A stretch of DNA of 64,000 bases from contig CAYFXC010000001.1 of NCBI GenBank assembly GCA_964347045.1, positions 32,001 through 96,000 of the forward strand, given 5' to 3'. The notes beneath the pieces are model-generated. The model made no database searches. It saw nothing but the letters and a program-made list of their open reading frames with translations, and was not told the origin of the DNA. The stretch's first letter is position 1. Each line of letters starts with the position of its first letter. Below, in pieces: positions 20,091 to 29,982 of the stretch. This stretch comes from an uncultured archaeon. GTDB lineage: Archaea > Asgardarchaeota > Hermodarchaeia > Hermodarchaeales > Hermodarchaeaceae. The position numbers and the translations under genes are program-made.

Positions 20091-20200
20091 ACAATCACCT
20101 TTGTAGTTCGAAAAGTTTATGATTACCTTTAACGGTTGCTCCTCGCACTTAATGGCGCATACATGCCTTTTTGCTTTATGCGAACAGGGAGTTGCTACCC

Positions 20201-21460
20201 ATGTCTACTACCAGTGAATCCTATCAGCGGTTCAAGCTCAAGAAGGTAGTGGACACGCTCGCTCAAAAAAAGGGACTTCACACTGAACTCATTACCCTCT
20301 ACATTCCCCCCGAAAAGCAGATGAGTGATGTTTTAGGAACACTCCGAACCGAATACGGCACTGCGACTAATATCAAATCAAAATCAACGCGTAAAAACGT
20401 CATGGATGCCATTCAAACCGTGATTCAGCGTCTGAAAATTATCCCCAAACCTCCACCTCATGGTCTAGCAGTTTTTGCTGGGACTATTCCACACGGAGCC
20501 CCAGGAAGCGAAAAAATGGAAATCTATCTCATTGAACCCCCAGAACCAGTTAACGTCTACATTTATCGTTGTGCAGCTGAATTCTGGCTAGACCCTCTTC
20601 GTGAAATGCTTACCCCTAAAGATAGTTACGGACTAATTTCAATCGACCGAAGTGCCGCATCTTGGGCAATTCTTCGAGGTACTAGCCTAAAAGTTATAAA
20701 AACAGTCAAATCCGGAATTATGGGAAAACATCGGGCAGGTGGACAGAGTCAACGACGATTCGAACGATTAATTGAGCAGGCTGCTCATGAATTTCTCACG
20801 CGATCTGGGGAATTAACCCGAGAGTTCTTTGAGGATATTCCGGATTTAAACGGGATTATCATTGGAGGACCAGGGTTTACTAAGGAAACCTTTACAGACA
20901 AAGGCTACCTTAAGCCTCCTCTCAAGGATAAGGTATTAGCTATTCTTGATACAGCGTACGCAGGTGAAGAGGGAATTCGTGCTCTAGTTGAAAAGTCAAC
21001 AGACATTCTTCGTAACCAACGATTAATCGAAGAAAAACGTCTTGTCCAACGATTCTTAAGCGAGATTGCTCGTGATAGCGGGCGGGCTACATATGGAGAA
21101 AAACAGGTGCGTGCCGCACTTGAACGCGGAGCAGTAGAAATAATTCTCGTATCAGAAGGAATTGACTACACGCGTGTAATTATCAAATGCAGTTCCTGTG
21201 ATAACACAATAGAAAAGACCCTTTCCCCTGATGCCATCTCCAATCTTGAAAACACCCTTGAAACCCAGCAATGTGAGAAATGCAATAATCAAACCTTACA
21301 AATTATCGAATCTCAAGACATGATTGAAGAAATCGGTGAGGTCGCAAAAGAAACTGGAGCAGATATCGAAATCATATCTCCTGAAACTGAAGAAGGCAAA
21401 CAACTCCTCAGCGCATTCAGAGGCATCGGTGCTATTCTTCGTTGGGCTGAACAGACCTAG
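20201..21460 (+). CDS. prf1: Peptide chain release factor aRF1
   Basis: NIKS, YxC and GGQS motifs, zinc ribbon insertion. Confidence 0.96.
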   Translation: MSTTSESYQRFKLKKVVDTLAQKKGLHTELITLYIPPEKQMSDVLGTLRTEYGTATNIKSKSTRKNVMDAIQTVIQRLKIIPKPPPHGLAVFAGTIPHGAPGSEKMEIYLIEPPEPVNVYIYRCAAEFWLDPLREMLTPKDSYGLISIDRSAASWAILRGTSLKVIKTVKSGIMGKHRAGGQSQRRFERLIEQAAHEFLTRSGELTREFFEDIPDLNGIIIGGPGFTKETFTDKGYLKPPLKDKVLAILDTAYAGEEGIRALVEKSTDILRNQRLIEEKRLVQRFLSEIARDSGRATYGEKQVRAALERGAVEIILVSEGIDYTRVIIKCSSCDNTIEKTLSPDAISNLENTLETQQCEKCNNQTLQIIESQDMIEEIGEVAKETGADIEIISPETEEGKQLLSAFRGIGAILRWAEQT

Positions 21461-21566
21461 GACAAAAATACTTGGAGAAAGCCTTTTTAGCGAGCGAAAG
21501 AATGCCGTTTCCTAGTCAAATAAGAAAATCATTACGAAGACTCATTTTAGATATCAGTGTTGAATT

Positions 21567-23981
21567 GTGAATAAGAAGTTGGAGATAATGGGGCATAGCA
21601 TGCTACTCAAAGAAAAACGATGGAAACCGGAAATCGAAGAAGAAATCCTGAAAATCTGGACCAAAAACAAAATCTACGCCTTTAACAAAGATACACCAAA
21701 TCCGGTGTATTCTGTTGATACGCCACCACCCTATCTAAGTGGACCCTGGCATGTTGGCGGTTCAATTCACTATACCCAAATCGATATGATCGCCCGAACC
21801 AAGCGCATGGAAGGACATGATGTTATTTTTCCTATGGGGTTGGACCGAAATGGATTACCCATTGAAGTACAGGTTGAAAAAGCATACAACAAAAGTATGC
21901 ATGAAATCCCTCGACAGCAATTTCTTGAATTATGTGCTGAATTCTTGGATCGTAATGAAGCCCTAATTGTGGCCCATGCCCAACGCCTTGGACTCAGTTG
22001 TAATTCCTTCAAAGACGATGAAATGTATCGAACTGATAGCCCCCAATATCGTGCGGTTACCCAACGCACCTTTATCGAACTATACAAGAAAGGTCTCATC
22101 TACATTGATAATCGGCCCAACAACTGGTGTCCTGAATGCGGAACCACGATAGCAGACGCAGAAGTTGAATACAAGGACATAGAAACTATTCTATTAACTC
22201 TCAAGTTTATTATCAAAGAAACCGGAGACGAATTACCCATAGCAACAACACGTCCTGAGCTTCTCTCAGCATGTGCTGCTGTTTTGGTAAATCCTGATGA
22301 TGAGAGGTACTTACATCTCCACGGAAAAACTGCGATTACACCCTTGTATGAGAAGCGCGTTCCTATTATTCCTCATCCTGAAGCGCGTATTGAATTCGGG
22401 ACCGGCGTCGTCATGGTTTGTAGTTATGGAGATTACACAGATGTTCGACTTTTCAGAGAATTACAGCTAGAACCTATCAATGCCTTGGGTCCTGATGGTA
22501 AAATGACTAAGGTGACAGGGTCATATGAAGGATTAGCTGTCACAGAAGCACGTAAAGCTATCCTCAAAGATTTGAAAGAAAAGAACCTGATTCTGAAACA
22601 AGAGTCCACCATTCATCGAACCCCAACTTGTTGGCGCAGTCGGAATCCCATTGAATTTATCGCCATGCCTGAATATTATTTGAAGCAGATTCAATTCATC
22701 GATGACCTCCGAGTCGTTGTCGATCAAATGACCTTTTTCCCCTTAAAGAATAAACAGATTCTAGTAGACTGGATTAACAGTGTTAGTCGTGATTGGCCCA
22801 TTAGCCGACGCCGATACTATGGTACCGAAGTCCCCCTTTGGTACTGTAAGAAATGTAATGAAACCATCGTTCCGCCACCAGGTCCCTACTATCAACCTTG
22901 GAAGAATCCTCCACCAATCAAGAAATGCCCAAAATGTGGAAATGCTGATCAATTTGAGGGCGAAACCCGAACCTTAGACACTTGGATGGATTCGTCTATT
23001 AGTGGTCTTATCACAATCTTCTACACTGAAGATGATGAATTCTTTCAACAACACTTTCCAACAAGTATTCGACCACAAGGTAAAGACATTGTCCGAACTT
23101 GGCTTTACTACTCTGTCTTGCGCGTCTACCAACTCTTTCAAGCACCTGCCTTCAAATTCGTCTGGATTAGTGGGCATGGGCTTGACGAAAAAGGTGAAGC
23201 CATGAGTAAATCTAGGGGCAACGCCATCGATCCGAATCCAATTATAGAAAAATATGGTGCTGACGCCTTCCGCCTATGGGGCGCTCTCGAAGCCTCCCTC
23301 GGCTCTGACTACAGATTCAACGAGGGACGTCTCGCTGGTGCTCATCGCTTCCTAACAAAACTTTGGAACGTCTCACGGTTCATCTCTGGATTCCCCCAAC
23401 CTAAAGTTAGCACCACCAATCTTCACCCTGCTGATCATTGGATTCTCTCCGAGCTAAATCATATTATTACGCGGGCAAAAGCAGGATACGCTAGACTAGA
23501 TTTCATTATTCCATCTCGCGAACTACGTATTTTCACATGGGATCTTTTTGCCAGCCATTATCTCGAACTCGTTAAGGGTCGTGCCTATTCCGAACAAGAT
23601 AAGATAGGGCAAGCCGCTGCATGGTACACTCTCCACATGGTCCTCAAAGCCATCCTAAAGCTCCTTGCTCCCATTTGTCCTTATATCACTGATAAGATTC
23701 ACCGCGAATTATATGACAAGAAAACCTCCATTCATAAACTCAAGTTTCCTGAAATCTTCAAAGGCATCAGTGAGGAGCACCCAACCGAAATGTTGACCCA
23801 ATTCAACGCTGATATCTGGAAACACAAAAAAGACCAGAAAATAAGTCTTCGTGAAGCGCTTCCCAATGTTACTGCACCAAAGATTCTGAAACCCTATGCA
23901 GAAGACCTCCAACGCATGCATAACATCCAATCTATCAAGTTCCATTCAAAGGATAACACACAAATACCCCCAGCCAAATAA
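21567..23981 (+). CDS. valS: Valine--tRNA ligase
   Basis: DTPPPY, HVGG, ATTRPE, DWPISRRR, MSKS. Confidence 0.95.
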   Translation: MNKKLEIMGHSMLLKEKRWKPEIEEEILKIWTKNKIYAFNKDTPNPVYSVDTPPPYLSGPWHVGGSIHYTQIDMIARTKRMEGHDVIFPMGLDRNGLPIEVQVEKAYNKSMHEIPRQQFLELCAEFLDRNEALIVAHAQRLGLSCNSFKDDEMYRTDSPQYRAVTQRTFIELYKKGLIYIDNRPNNWCPECGTTIADAEVEYKDIETILLTLKFIIKETGDELPIATTRPELLSACAAVLVNPDDERYLHLHGKTAITPLYEKRVPIIPHPEARIEFGTGVVMVCSYGDYTDVRLFRELQLEPINALGPDGKMTKVTGSYEGLAVTEARKAILKDLKEKNLILKQESTIHRTPTCWRSRNPIEFIAMPEYYLKQIQFIDDLRVVVDQMTFFPLKNKQILVDWINSVSRDWPISRRRYYGTEVPLWYCKKCNETIVPPPGPYYQPWKNPPPIKKCPKCGNADQFEGETRTLDTWMDSSISGLITIFYTEDDEFFQQHFPTSIRPQGKDIVRTWLYYSVLRVYQLFQAPAFKFVWISGHGLDEKGEAMSKSRGNAIDPNPIIEKYGADAFRLWGALEASLGSDYRFNEGRLAGAHRFLTKLWNVSRFISGFPQPKVSTTNLHPADHWILSELNHIITRAKAGYARLDFIIPSRELRIFTWDLFASHYLELVKGRAYSEQDKIGQAAAWYTLHMVLKAILKLLAPICPYITDKIHRELYDKKTSIHKLKFPEIFKGISEEHPTEMLTQFNADIWKHKKDQKISLREALPNVTAPKILKPYAEDLQRMHNIQSIKFHSKDNTQIPPAK

Positions 23982-23995
23982 CCTCGCAACCCTTT

Positions 23996-24070
23996 GGGGT
24001 GGTAGATCAATGGTAGATCGCGTGCCTCGCACGCACGAGGTTCCGGGTTCAAGTCCCGGCCACTCCACCA
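23996..24070 (+). tRNA. tRNA-Ala(CGC)
   Basis: Cloverleaf with G3:U70, loop CT-CGC-AC, encoded CCA. Confidence 0.96.
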
Positions 24071-24145
24071 ATCAGCATCATCCCGATTCTCTGGCAAAAC
24101 TCATATAAACGTAGAACACCACGCCCAACAACACGAATTTCTTGT

Positions 24146-24222
24146 GGGTCGGTGGCCTAGCCTGGTAGGGCACTCGGCTGATAACCGAGAGGTCGCGGGT
24201 TCGAAGCCCGTCCGACCCACCA
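24146..24222 (+). tRNA. tRNA-Ile(GAT)
   Basis: Cloverleaf, loop CT-GAT-AA, encoded CCA, downstream T-tract. Confidence 0.96.
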
Positions 24223-24366
24223 CTTTTTAGTTATTTAACTCGTTAATTTTCAAAAAAAATACCATCAAAACGAATTTTCAGGTCACAAACTTGCATCAGA
24301 TCTCAGTGGTTTATATGACTCTATACAAGTGCCTTTCTTAGAAAAACCCCTCAGGAGGCAATTTAC

Positions 24367-24405
24367 ATGTATCCACCCCGACCCCCTTGTCCTGTTCCAT
24401 CCTAG
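24367..24405 (+). CDS. Proline-rich micropeptide MYPPRPPCPVPS
   Basis: TATA (TTTATATG, 24310), SD AGGAGG (24353), downstream T-rich terminator; similar to two other MYP ORFs. Confidence 0.6.
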   Translation: MYPPRPPCPVPS

Positions 24406-24431
24406 TTATAACTCATTTTTCCTTTCTTTTT

Positions 24432-26168
24432 TTAGACTTTTGATTTTAACTTTGGTAATGTATTATCGTCCCATTTCCATGCTCCTAGTTCAAAATCATA
24501 ATTTTTTGGTAAAACTGGTGTCTCCAACCCCGAATAAGATTGCCAGACAGGTCTTGCTTCTAGGGATGCATTAATTTCATTTTTTGCAAATGTCTTCCGT
24601 AATGTCGAAAGTACATCTACCGCTTGACTATTCGTAACGTGGGCAAAGACATATGCATATCCGTTTTCAAGGACCACCGCGTTTTGATATGGCAACAAAT
24701 GTAATGTTTTCAAAACATAGTCTGTAACTGTTCGAGGTTCAAAAATGCGAATTAGTAATGCGGTATTAAGTCCAACGTGGTGCAATATTATTCCATTATT
24801 TTTACTTATTTGCAAACGTTCCAATTTCTTTATTCGACGACGATATCGCATATGCATTGACTCTGAAATCCCCAATGTACGGAGTTCCTGTGATGATTGT
24901 GAGGTAACTCGATTTGTTAATAGAATGTTATCAAAAGTACGCCTAAAATATGTGAAATCTTCAATTTGTAACTTAAGCGGGAAGTCGCTTTGTTTCAGAA
25001 GGTCATATGAGTATTCAGCATATTGAATCGGGGATGGCTGATCATGTACAAAGTTTGAATCTAATGACTCGATCCTATTGAGAAGAAGAGAAGAATCAAG
25101 AGGCCATCCCTTTTCTGGAGTATAAGACTCTAAATTCCAATAATTAATATTTTGAGAGTCTGCGATTGCTTGAACGTTTCCTATTCCTTCACTCCGTGTT
25201 AGTTTTTCTAGCCAATCAGAAAAATGCATGCGTTGATTTTGTGGGATTAGAAATCTGCAATGAACCGTGTTGCTTTGTAATGTTTGTATGAAAAAGACAT
25301 ATCGGATTGCTGAGATGAGATTTGATAATCGTTGTGCTATTTTCTTGCTAGTAGCTTGGAAAAAAACCTCTAGTGGAATTAATCCAATCAAGGGCACGTC
25401 AATAAATTTGGACAGACGGAGAAGATGACGTTGTGCGAGGTTAGTTAGATGTTGGCTGAGCCCGGAAACACTCATGTTGAGTTGCTTGGCGAGACGGCTT
25501 TGGTGGAGAGGAGTGATTACATTACTGAGGGTCGTAAGGATTTGGTGTTCAGGATGTGTGAGAAGGATGTGGGTTTCGATCATCCAGCGTTCGAGGGCGT
25601 TAGTATAGGTTGGTGTGGAGAGAGGAGTACCTGTTGTGGTAGGGCGAAGAGTGTTAAGCCAGAAAAGAACTCGGTTAAGAAAGGCCCCAGAGACAACGCC
25701 ATCAAAGAGAGGAAAACCGGAAGGCGCATCATAGACATAATATTGATAATGTTGGGGTGGGGAGACTTGCTTCCAAAGTGTGGTAAGCTCCGTTTTTTCA
25801 ATGGCACTATAATCTCCATATTTGAGACCAAGATAGAGACCGAGATCAGCGGTTTCGGAGATTTGACGTAGGTGGGGTAAAAGAAGGCTAAGGAGAGCTT
25901 CACGCCATATCACCCAGTCTAATACATGCGAGGGAGCTTGTTGAAGGTCTTGAGCGAGAGTTACTTGCCAGCCGCCACGCGGACGTTCTTCTAGTGAAGT
26001 TTCTACGGCTCCAAATCGTGGATAGTCATAGACCAAGGGAAAGTCATTCCATAAGAAGCTGAGAATTCGATCCCGTAGTCGGGGGAGAGGTTCGACTGTG
26101 AGCTCAGTAATTATCCAATCCTGTTTTTTACGGAATTGTTGCATGAGCTCACGAAATCGTTTCGACAC
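24432..26168 (-). CDS. Large regulator-like protein: N-terminal WREA/ADLGLY domain, central wHTH, tandem Lrp/AsnC-like C-terminal region
   Basis: HTH QSRLAKQLNMSVSGLSQHLTNL; full-length paralogue of 26545-28257. Confidence 0.7.
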   Translation of the reverse strand: MSKRFRELMQQFRKKQDWIITELTVEPLPRLRDRILSFLWNDFPLVYDYPRFGAVETSLEERPRGGWQVTLAQDLQQAPSHVLDWVIWREALLSLLLPHLRQISETADLGLYLGLKYGDYSAIEKTELTTLWKQVSPPQHYQYYVYDAPSGFPLFDGVVSGAFLNRVLFWLNTLRPTTTGTPLSTPTYTNALERWMIETHILLTHPEHQILTTLSNVITPLHQSRLAKQLNMSVSGLSQHLTNLAQRHLLRLSKFIDVPLIGLIPLEVFFQATSKKIAQRLSNLISAIRYVFFIQTLQSNTVHCRFLIPQNQRMHFSDWLEKLTRSEGIGNVQAIADSQNINYWNLESYTPEKGWPLDSSLLLNRIESLDSNFVHDQPSPIQYAEYSYDLLKQSDFPLKLQIEDFTYFRRTFDNILLTNRVTSQSSQELRTLGISESMHMRYRRRIKKLERLQISKNNGIILHHVGLNTALLIRIFEPRTVTDYVLKTLHLLPYQNAVVLENGYAYVFAHVTNSQAVDVLSTLRKTFAKNEINASLEARPVWQSYSGLETPVLPKNYDFELGAWKWDDNTLPKLKSKV

Positions 26169-26242
26169 AATTCAGCCTTCCATTTACATGATGATATAAA
26201 ACCGTTAAGCGAATTCTACCTTCCACTGATACTTTTAGTAAT

Positions 26243-26272
26243 AAAAAAGAAAGGGAAACCTGTTCGGTTTCC
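26243..26272 (-). terminator. Hairpin plus U-tract terminator downstream of the MYPPRRPEPL peptide gene
   Basis: Minus strand GGAAACC-GAACA-GGTTTCC followed by CTTTCTTTTTT. Confidence 0.6.
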
Positions 26273-26362
26273 GGTATTCAACACACTTGTTCTGGGTGAG
26301 AGTAGTACGTGTTAAAAGCTTCTAAAATTGGATGAGATGGTTACTAGAATCACTTCTATTTA

Positions 26363-26395
26363 TTAAAGAGGTTCTGGTCGACGTGGGGGATACAT
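26363..26395 (-). CDS. Proline-rich micropeptide MYPPRRPEPL
   Basis: SD GGAGG (26407-26411), TATA TTTATATG, leader shares TACAAGTGC and GGAGGCA with the 24367 unit. Confidence 0.6.
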   Translation of the reverse strand: MYPPRRPEPL

Positions 26396-26544
26396 GGTTT
26401 AGGATGCCTCCAAGCACTTGTAACCATGTCGAACTCAATTTTCCATATAAACTAAAAGTCACCGTTGCAAAAAAAGCCAAAAAATGTTGTTAGAAATGAA
26501 AAAAATTGTGTAACTTTACAATTGCAAAACCTATGATTGATTAT

Positions 26545-28257
26545 TTAGGGAAGGGTATCTTTTGTCCATACCCAATCCTCACGATCAAAATCATAATTAC
26601 GAATTTGGATTGGCTCAGTGGTCCAACCGTACGCTTCCCAAGCGGGTTTAATCGAAATTATTGATGGTATGTTATTATCTTTGAATAATTGTGAAAGTGC
26701 ATTTTGTACAGATATTGCTGATTCTCTTGGTAAGAGTAAAGAAGCGCTCCCAGTTCCATCATTGAAAATATTTCCGACAATATGTGGAAGTAATTGTAAA
26801 GCTGTAAGTACTCTTTTTGTTTCTTTTTCATTACTCTCGATAAGTAAATGGATTATGGTGTTCAATCCAATATGCATAATACTAATTCCAAGGGGAGGAC
26901 TCATCACCTCGCGTTTTTCCAAATAATTCACGCGGCGTCTATAGGCCATGTGTTGGGTTTCTTTATATCCAGCCAATCTCGCTTCTTCTGCCTCGTAAAA
27001 ACGTGCACGATCAGTTATAAAATACACATCTGTTGCTCTTTGCATATAGATGAAATCAGACGGTTTAATGCTTATTCGCTGAGAAGAGGGTGATAATTTG
27101 AAAGAGTTTAATGGTGGAAGGTGTTGTGTCCATTTTCCACTAATCAGTCTTGAAACATTATCGAGTACAGCTTCCGAATCTGTAACCCAACCACCCTTGT
27201 TAGAATTGTATAAATCAAAATTTCTTGATTGTAATCTTTCAGTTCTGATCCGAATTTCAGGCACGGAAAGATCATGAAGAGCGACAAATTGTTTTACCCA
27301 TTGACGAAATCTTGTAATTCGTCGAATTGGTATTGCGAAATAAGAGATTAAGGCATCATCGAATTCTTGTATTCCTAGGGTGTAACGAATTTTTGAGAGA
27401 ATGTTCTTTAATGAAATTGTCTTCCTCATATCGCTTACAGGGAAGGTAACAGCAAAAGGTTCGAGACCAATTACTCTGAAATTTGTGAAAGATACCGGTC
27501 TTAGTTGATGTTTTTCTGCAAGTCGTTTGATAACTTGACTTATTGTTGGTTGCCTTAATTTGAGTTTGTCAACGAGCTCTGACTGTGAGCAAGTGGGACA
27601 AGAATTTAATCCACGGAGAATTTTGAGCTCAAGAGGCCTGAGCAGTCTGTTATAGTTAAACATCCACCGCTCGAGGTTTGCAGTATAGGTTTCGGTAGTC
27701 ATAGTTGTTAGCAGCTGATTGAAAGGCTTGAACCATCGTTTGGCTTTTCGAAGAAACGCTCCGTCAACAACCCTATCAAAAGAAGCGAATCCCGCCGTTG
27801 GATAATATCGGTAAGTTGGGTAGTCAATTGGCGGAGATACGGTTTCCCAAACTTGTAGGAATCGGTGACGTTGTTTAGGGTTTTTTATTCCATATCTGTA
27901 ATAACAGTATAAACCGAGATCCGCCGCCTGTTCTACTTGACGAATAACTGAGGGAAGATGGAGTAGGTAGGCTTCACGCCAAAGAATGGGTATAAGGTAG
28001 TTTTGGAACTGAGAGAGAAGATTCTGTGAAAGGCTAAGGATCACCTGGCTGTTAGAGTTAATAGATTCAGTAACACCGAATCGCGGTCCATTGAGTTCGA
28101 AGGGAGATGGAATAAAAGTAATAGTCGTATACCGGTCAAGAGGCGGAGATTTTAGAATTTTTTGAAGAGTCGTTGTAATTGTTGTGAATGCTTCGATGGC
28201 TTCCGCTTGTTGGTGATAAATGGAATCGGTTTGATTTGTTGTCTTTTCGAAAGTCAT
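26545..28257 (-). CDS. Large regulator-like protein (WREA domain, wHTH, Lrp/AsnC-like repeats), paralogue of 24432-26168
   Basis: Shared PRFG, WREA, ADLGLY, LERWM, YRRR and NYDF...W.W motifs; HTH QSELVDKLKLRQPTISQVIKRL. Confidence 0.7.
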   Translation of the reverse strand: MTFEKTTNQTDSIYHQQAEAIEAFTTITTTLQKILKSPPLDRYTTITFIPSPFELNGPRFGVTESINSNSQVILSLSQNLLSQFQNYLIPILWREAYLLHLPSVIRQVEQAADLGLYCYYRYGIKNPKQRHRFLQVWETVSPPIDYPTYRYYPTAGFASFDRVVDGAFLRKAKRWFKPFNQLLTTMTTETYTANLERWMFNYNRLLRPLELKILRGLNSCPTCSQSELVDKLKLRQPTISQVIKRLAEKHQLRPVSFTNFRVIGLEPFAVTFPVSDMRKTISLKNILSKIRYTLGIQEFDDALISYFAIPIRRITRFRQWVKQFVALHDLSVPEIRIRTERLQSRNFDLYNSNKGGWVTDSEAVLDNVSRLISGKWTQHLPPLNSFKLSPSSQRISIKPSDFIYMQRATDVYFITDRARFYEAEEARLAGYKETQHMAYRRRVNYLEKREVMSPPLGISIMHIGLNTIIHLLIESNEKETKRVLTALQLLPHIVGNIFNDGTGSASLLLPRESAISVQNALSQLFKDNNIPSIISIKPAWEAYGWTTEPIQIRNYDFDREDWVWTKDTLP

Positions 28258-28481
28258 GGATTTTAATTTCCTGTTAATGTTTCTCCCAAGAACATGACTA
28301 CATGAGTTCTTGAGTTCTTAATAATATTCGGAGATTCTGTACTGTAGTTTCGCGTGGAGTTTTTCTATGAATCCGTCTTTGGATGATTGACGCGACTGCT
28401 TGGTCGTAGTCCGGGTGGCTAAGCGATGTGTAGTACGTGGGATGAATTGATGCCTCGTTCATGACGGGCTATGCATTTCCT

Positions 28482-28550
28482 TTATTTGGATCCGACTGCA
28501 AATCGAGGGTCCGGAATTGGACCGGGGGTATAGATTGGTGGTCGGCGCAC
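28482..28550 (-). CDS. Proline-rich micropeptide MRRPPIYTPGPIPDPRFAVGSK (GTG start)
   Basis: Same position upstream of a regulator gene as MYPPRRPEPL; TATA-like TTGATAAA about 26 nt upstream (leaderless). Confidence 0.4.
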   Translation of the reverse strand: MRRPPIYTPGPIPDPRFAVGSK

Positions 28551-28606
28551 AGCCACTGCGTCCGTAATTTTATCAACATTTTCGATATTCGTTGCAGAAA
28601 AAAGAA

Positions 28607-28684
28607 TGGTAGCGGGGAGTTGATTTGAACAACTGATCTCGGGGTTATGAGCCCCGCGGGATATCCTGGCTACCCCACCCCGCT
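28607..28684 (-). tRNA. Initiator tRNA-Met(CAT)
   Basis: A1:U72, AGCGGGG start, GGG/CCC anticodon stem, loop CT-CAT-AA, encoded CCA. Confidence 0.96.
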
Positions 28685-28837
28685 AATGGATTGTTGATAG
28701 AGAAGAGCTGGTGAGGTCGATTTAAGCTTTATGCCTTGGTTTTTGTGTTTCTTTTCATCCAAAAAGTTTCGATACTATAGTGCTAAATTTTTGTGGAGGT
28801 TAAATAATAACTTCCATATACATTGCTGGTGAACTTT

Positions 28838-28876
28838 ATGTATCCAAGACCTGGAGACGAACCTGGTCCATTGTAA
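28838..28876 (+). CDS. Proline-rich micropeptide MYPRPGDEPGPL
   Basis: SD GGTGA upstream, TATA-like GTTAAATA at about 28799; third MYP peptide. Confidence 0.6.
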   Translation: MYPRPGDEPGPL

Positions 28877-28908
28877 TAGATTGTTGAGTTTTTACATTAT
28901 AATTCGCT

Positions 28909-29982
28909 TCAGGTTCTCCTTAGGAGACGAATCAAGGCACGAGGTACTTCTGTATAGGAGTTGACTTTGATATAGCGCCCGCGACCAAGCTGAGCTATGT
29001 TTTTACAGGTTTCTTCTCCTTGGGGATGAGTTCCTGGTGTTTGGAGGACATGGAGATTATGGTATTTTCTAGCATATGGTTCAGGAGGTTCTCCACGGTT
29101 TGCGATACCATCGGTAATGAGAATTGCCCAAGATTCATGGCGATGCGCCCGTTTGAATTGAATGTAAGCGGTCTCAAGTGCATCGGAAATATTGGTGTAA
29201 CCTGCAGGTTCAGTATCAAGTATTGTGTCTACAATTTGATCAATTGTGGTATATTGGTCCATTGCTTTGATGGTACTAGCTACTGTGTTGAAAGCGATGA
29301 GGGCATATTTATCGTGTCGGAGATGATAGGCTGCAACAGCAGCTGCGGTAGCGGCCGTTAGTAGTTTGGGTCCAGCCATGGATCCCGAAGTATCAAGAAT
29401 TATGGTTCCAATTTTTTTTCTTGCAACTCGTTCAATACCTATTATGTCAGAGTAATTTACGTAATCCGGTTTGAGCAGTGTTTCTTCCAGTGTATTATCG
29501 AGGTCAAATTCGTCGAGGCCTGGATGGAATGGAACCTGTTTGATTTTTTCTGGTCGGAGTCCACGCCCAGTAATTCGTAGGGCTGAATGGACTATTGTGG
29601 CTCTAGCGAGTTGTCGGAACGTTTGGCGATATTGTCCTCGAATTTGGTTTCTGAGTTGGAAAAATAGCAAAGGCCCAGCGACATTTCCTTCACGGGCGGA
29701 TTTCGCAATGAGATGAACCCCGTCTTGTGTTGAAATAGCCTCACTTGTTGCAATGGGTTGAAGTTGGGCAAGGGCTTGAAGAGCGGGGATATTTCCAAGT
29801 TCTATGGCAATTTCAGCCATCTCTTTGGCGGTGGGATAATCAAAGCTTCGACCCAAACGGAGATAGTATTGAAAATCGCGTCCGCTAGCTCGGATTTCAG
29901 ATTCGAATAGTTTCTCATCTGAGATGAAGCCGGAAAGCACAATTGGCACGTCATCGGAGGACGGCGCCTCCTCGGTGATCAA
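28909..29982 (-). CDS. von Willebrand factor A domain protein (CoxE-like)
   Basis: MIDAS DTSGSM, T and ITDG motifs. Confidence 0.88.
   Translation of the reverse strand: MITEEAPSSDDVPIVLSGFISDEKLFESEIRASGRDFQYYLRLGRSFDYPTAKEMAEIAIELGNIPALQALAQLQPIATSEAISTQDGVHLIAKSAREGNVAGPLLFFQLRNQIRGQYRQTFRQLARATIVHSALRITGRGLRPEKIKQVPFHPGLDEFDLDNTLEETLLKPDYVNYSDIIGIERVARKKIGTIILDTSGSMAGPKLLTAATAAAVAAYHLRHDKYALIAFNTVASTIKAMDQYTTIDQIVDTILDTEPAGYTNISDALETAYIQFKRAHRHESWAILITDGIANRGEPPEPYARKYHNLHVLQTPGTHPQGEETCKNIAQLGRGRYIKVNSYTEVPRALIRLLRRT

Noticed and set aside
23894-24108. ORFs overlapping tRNA-Ala
   Set aside because: Spurious translations of a tRNA gene.
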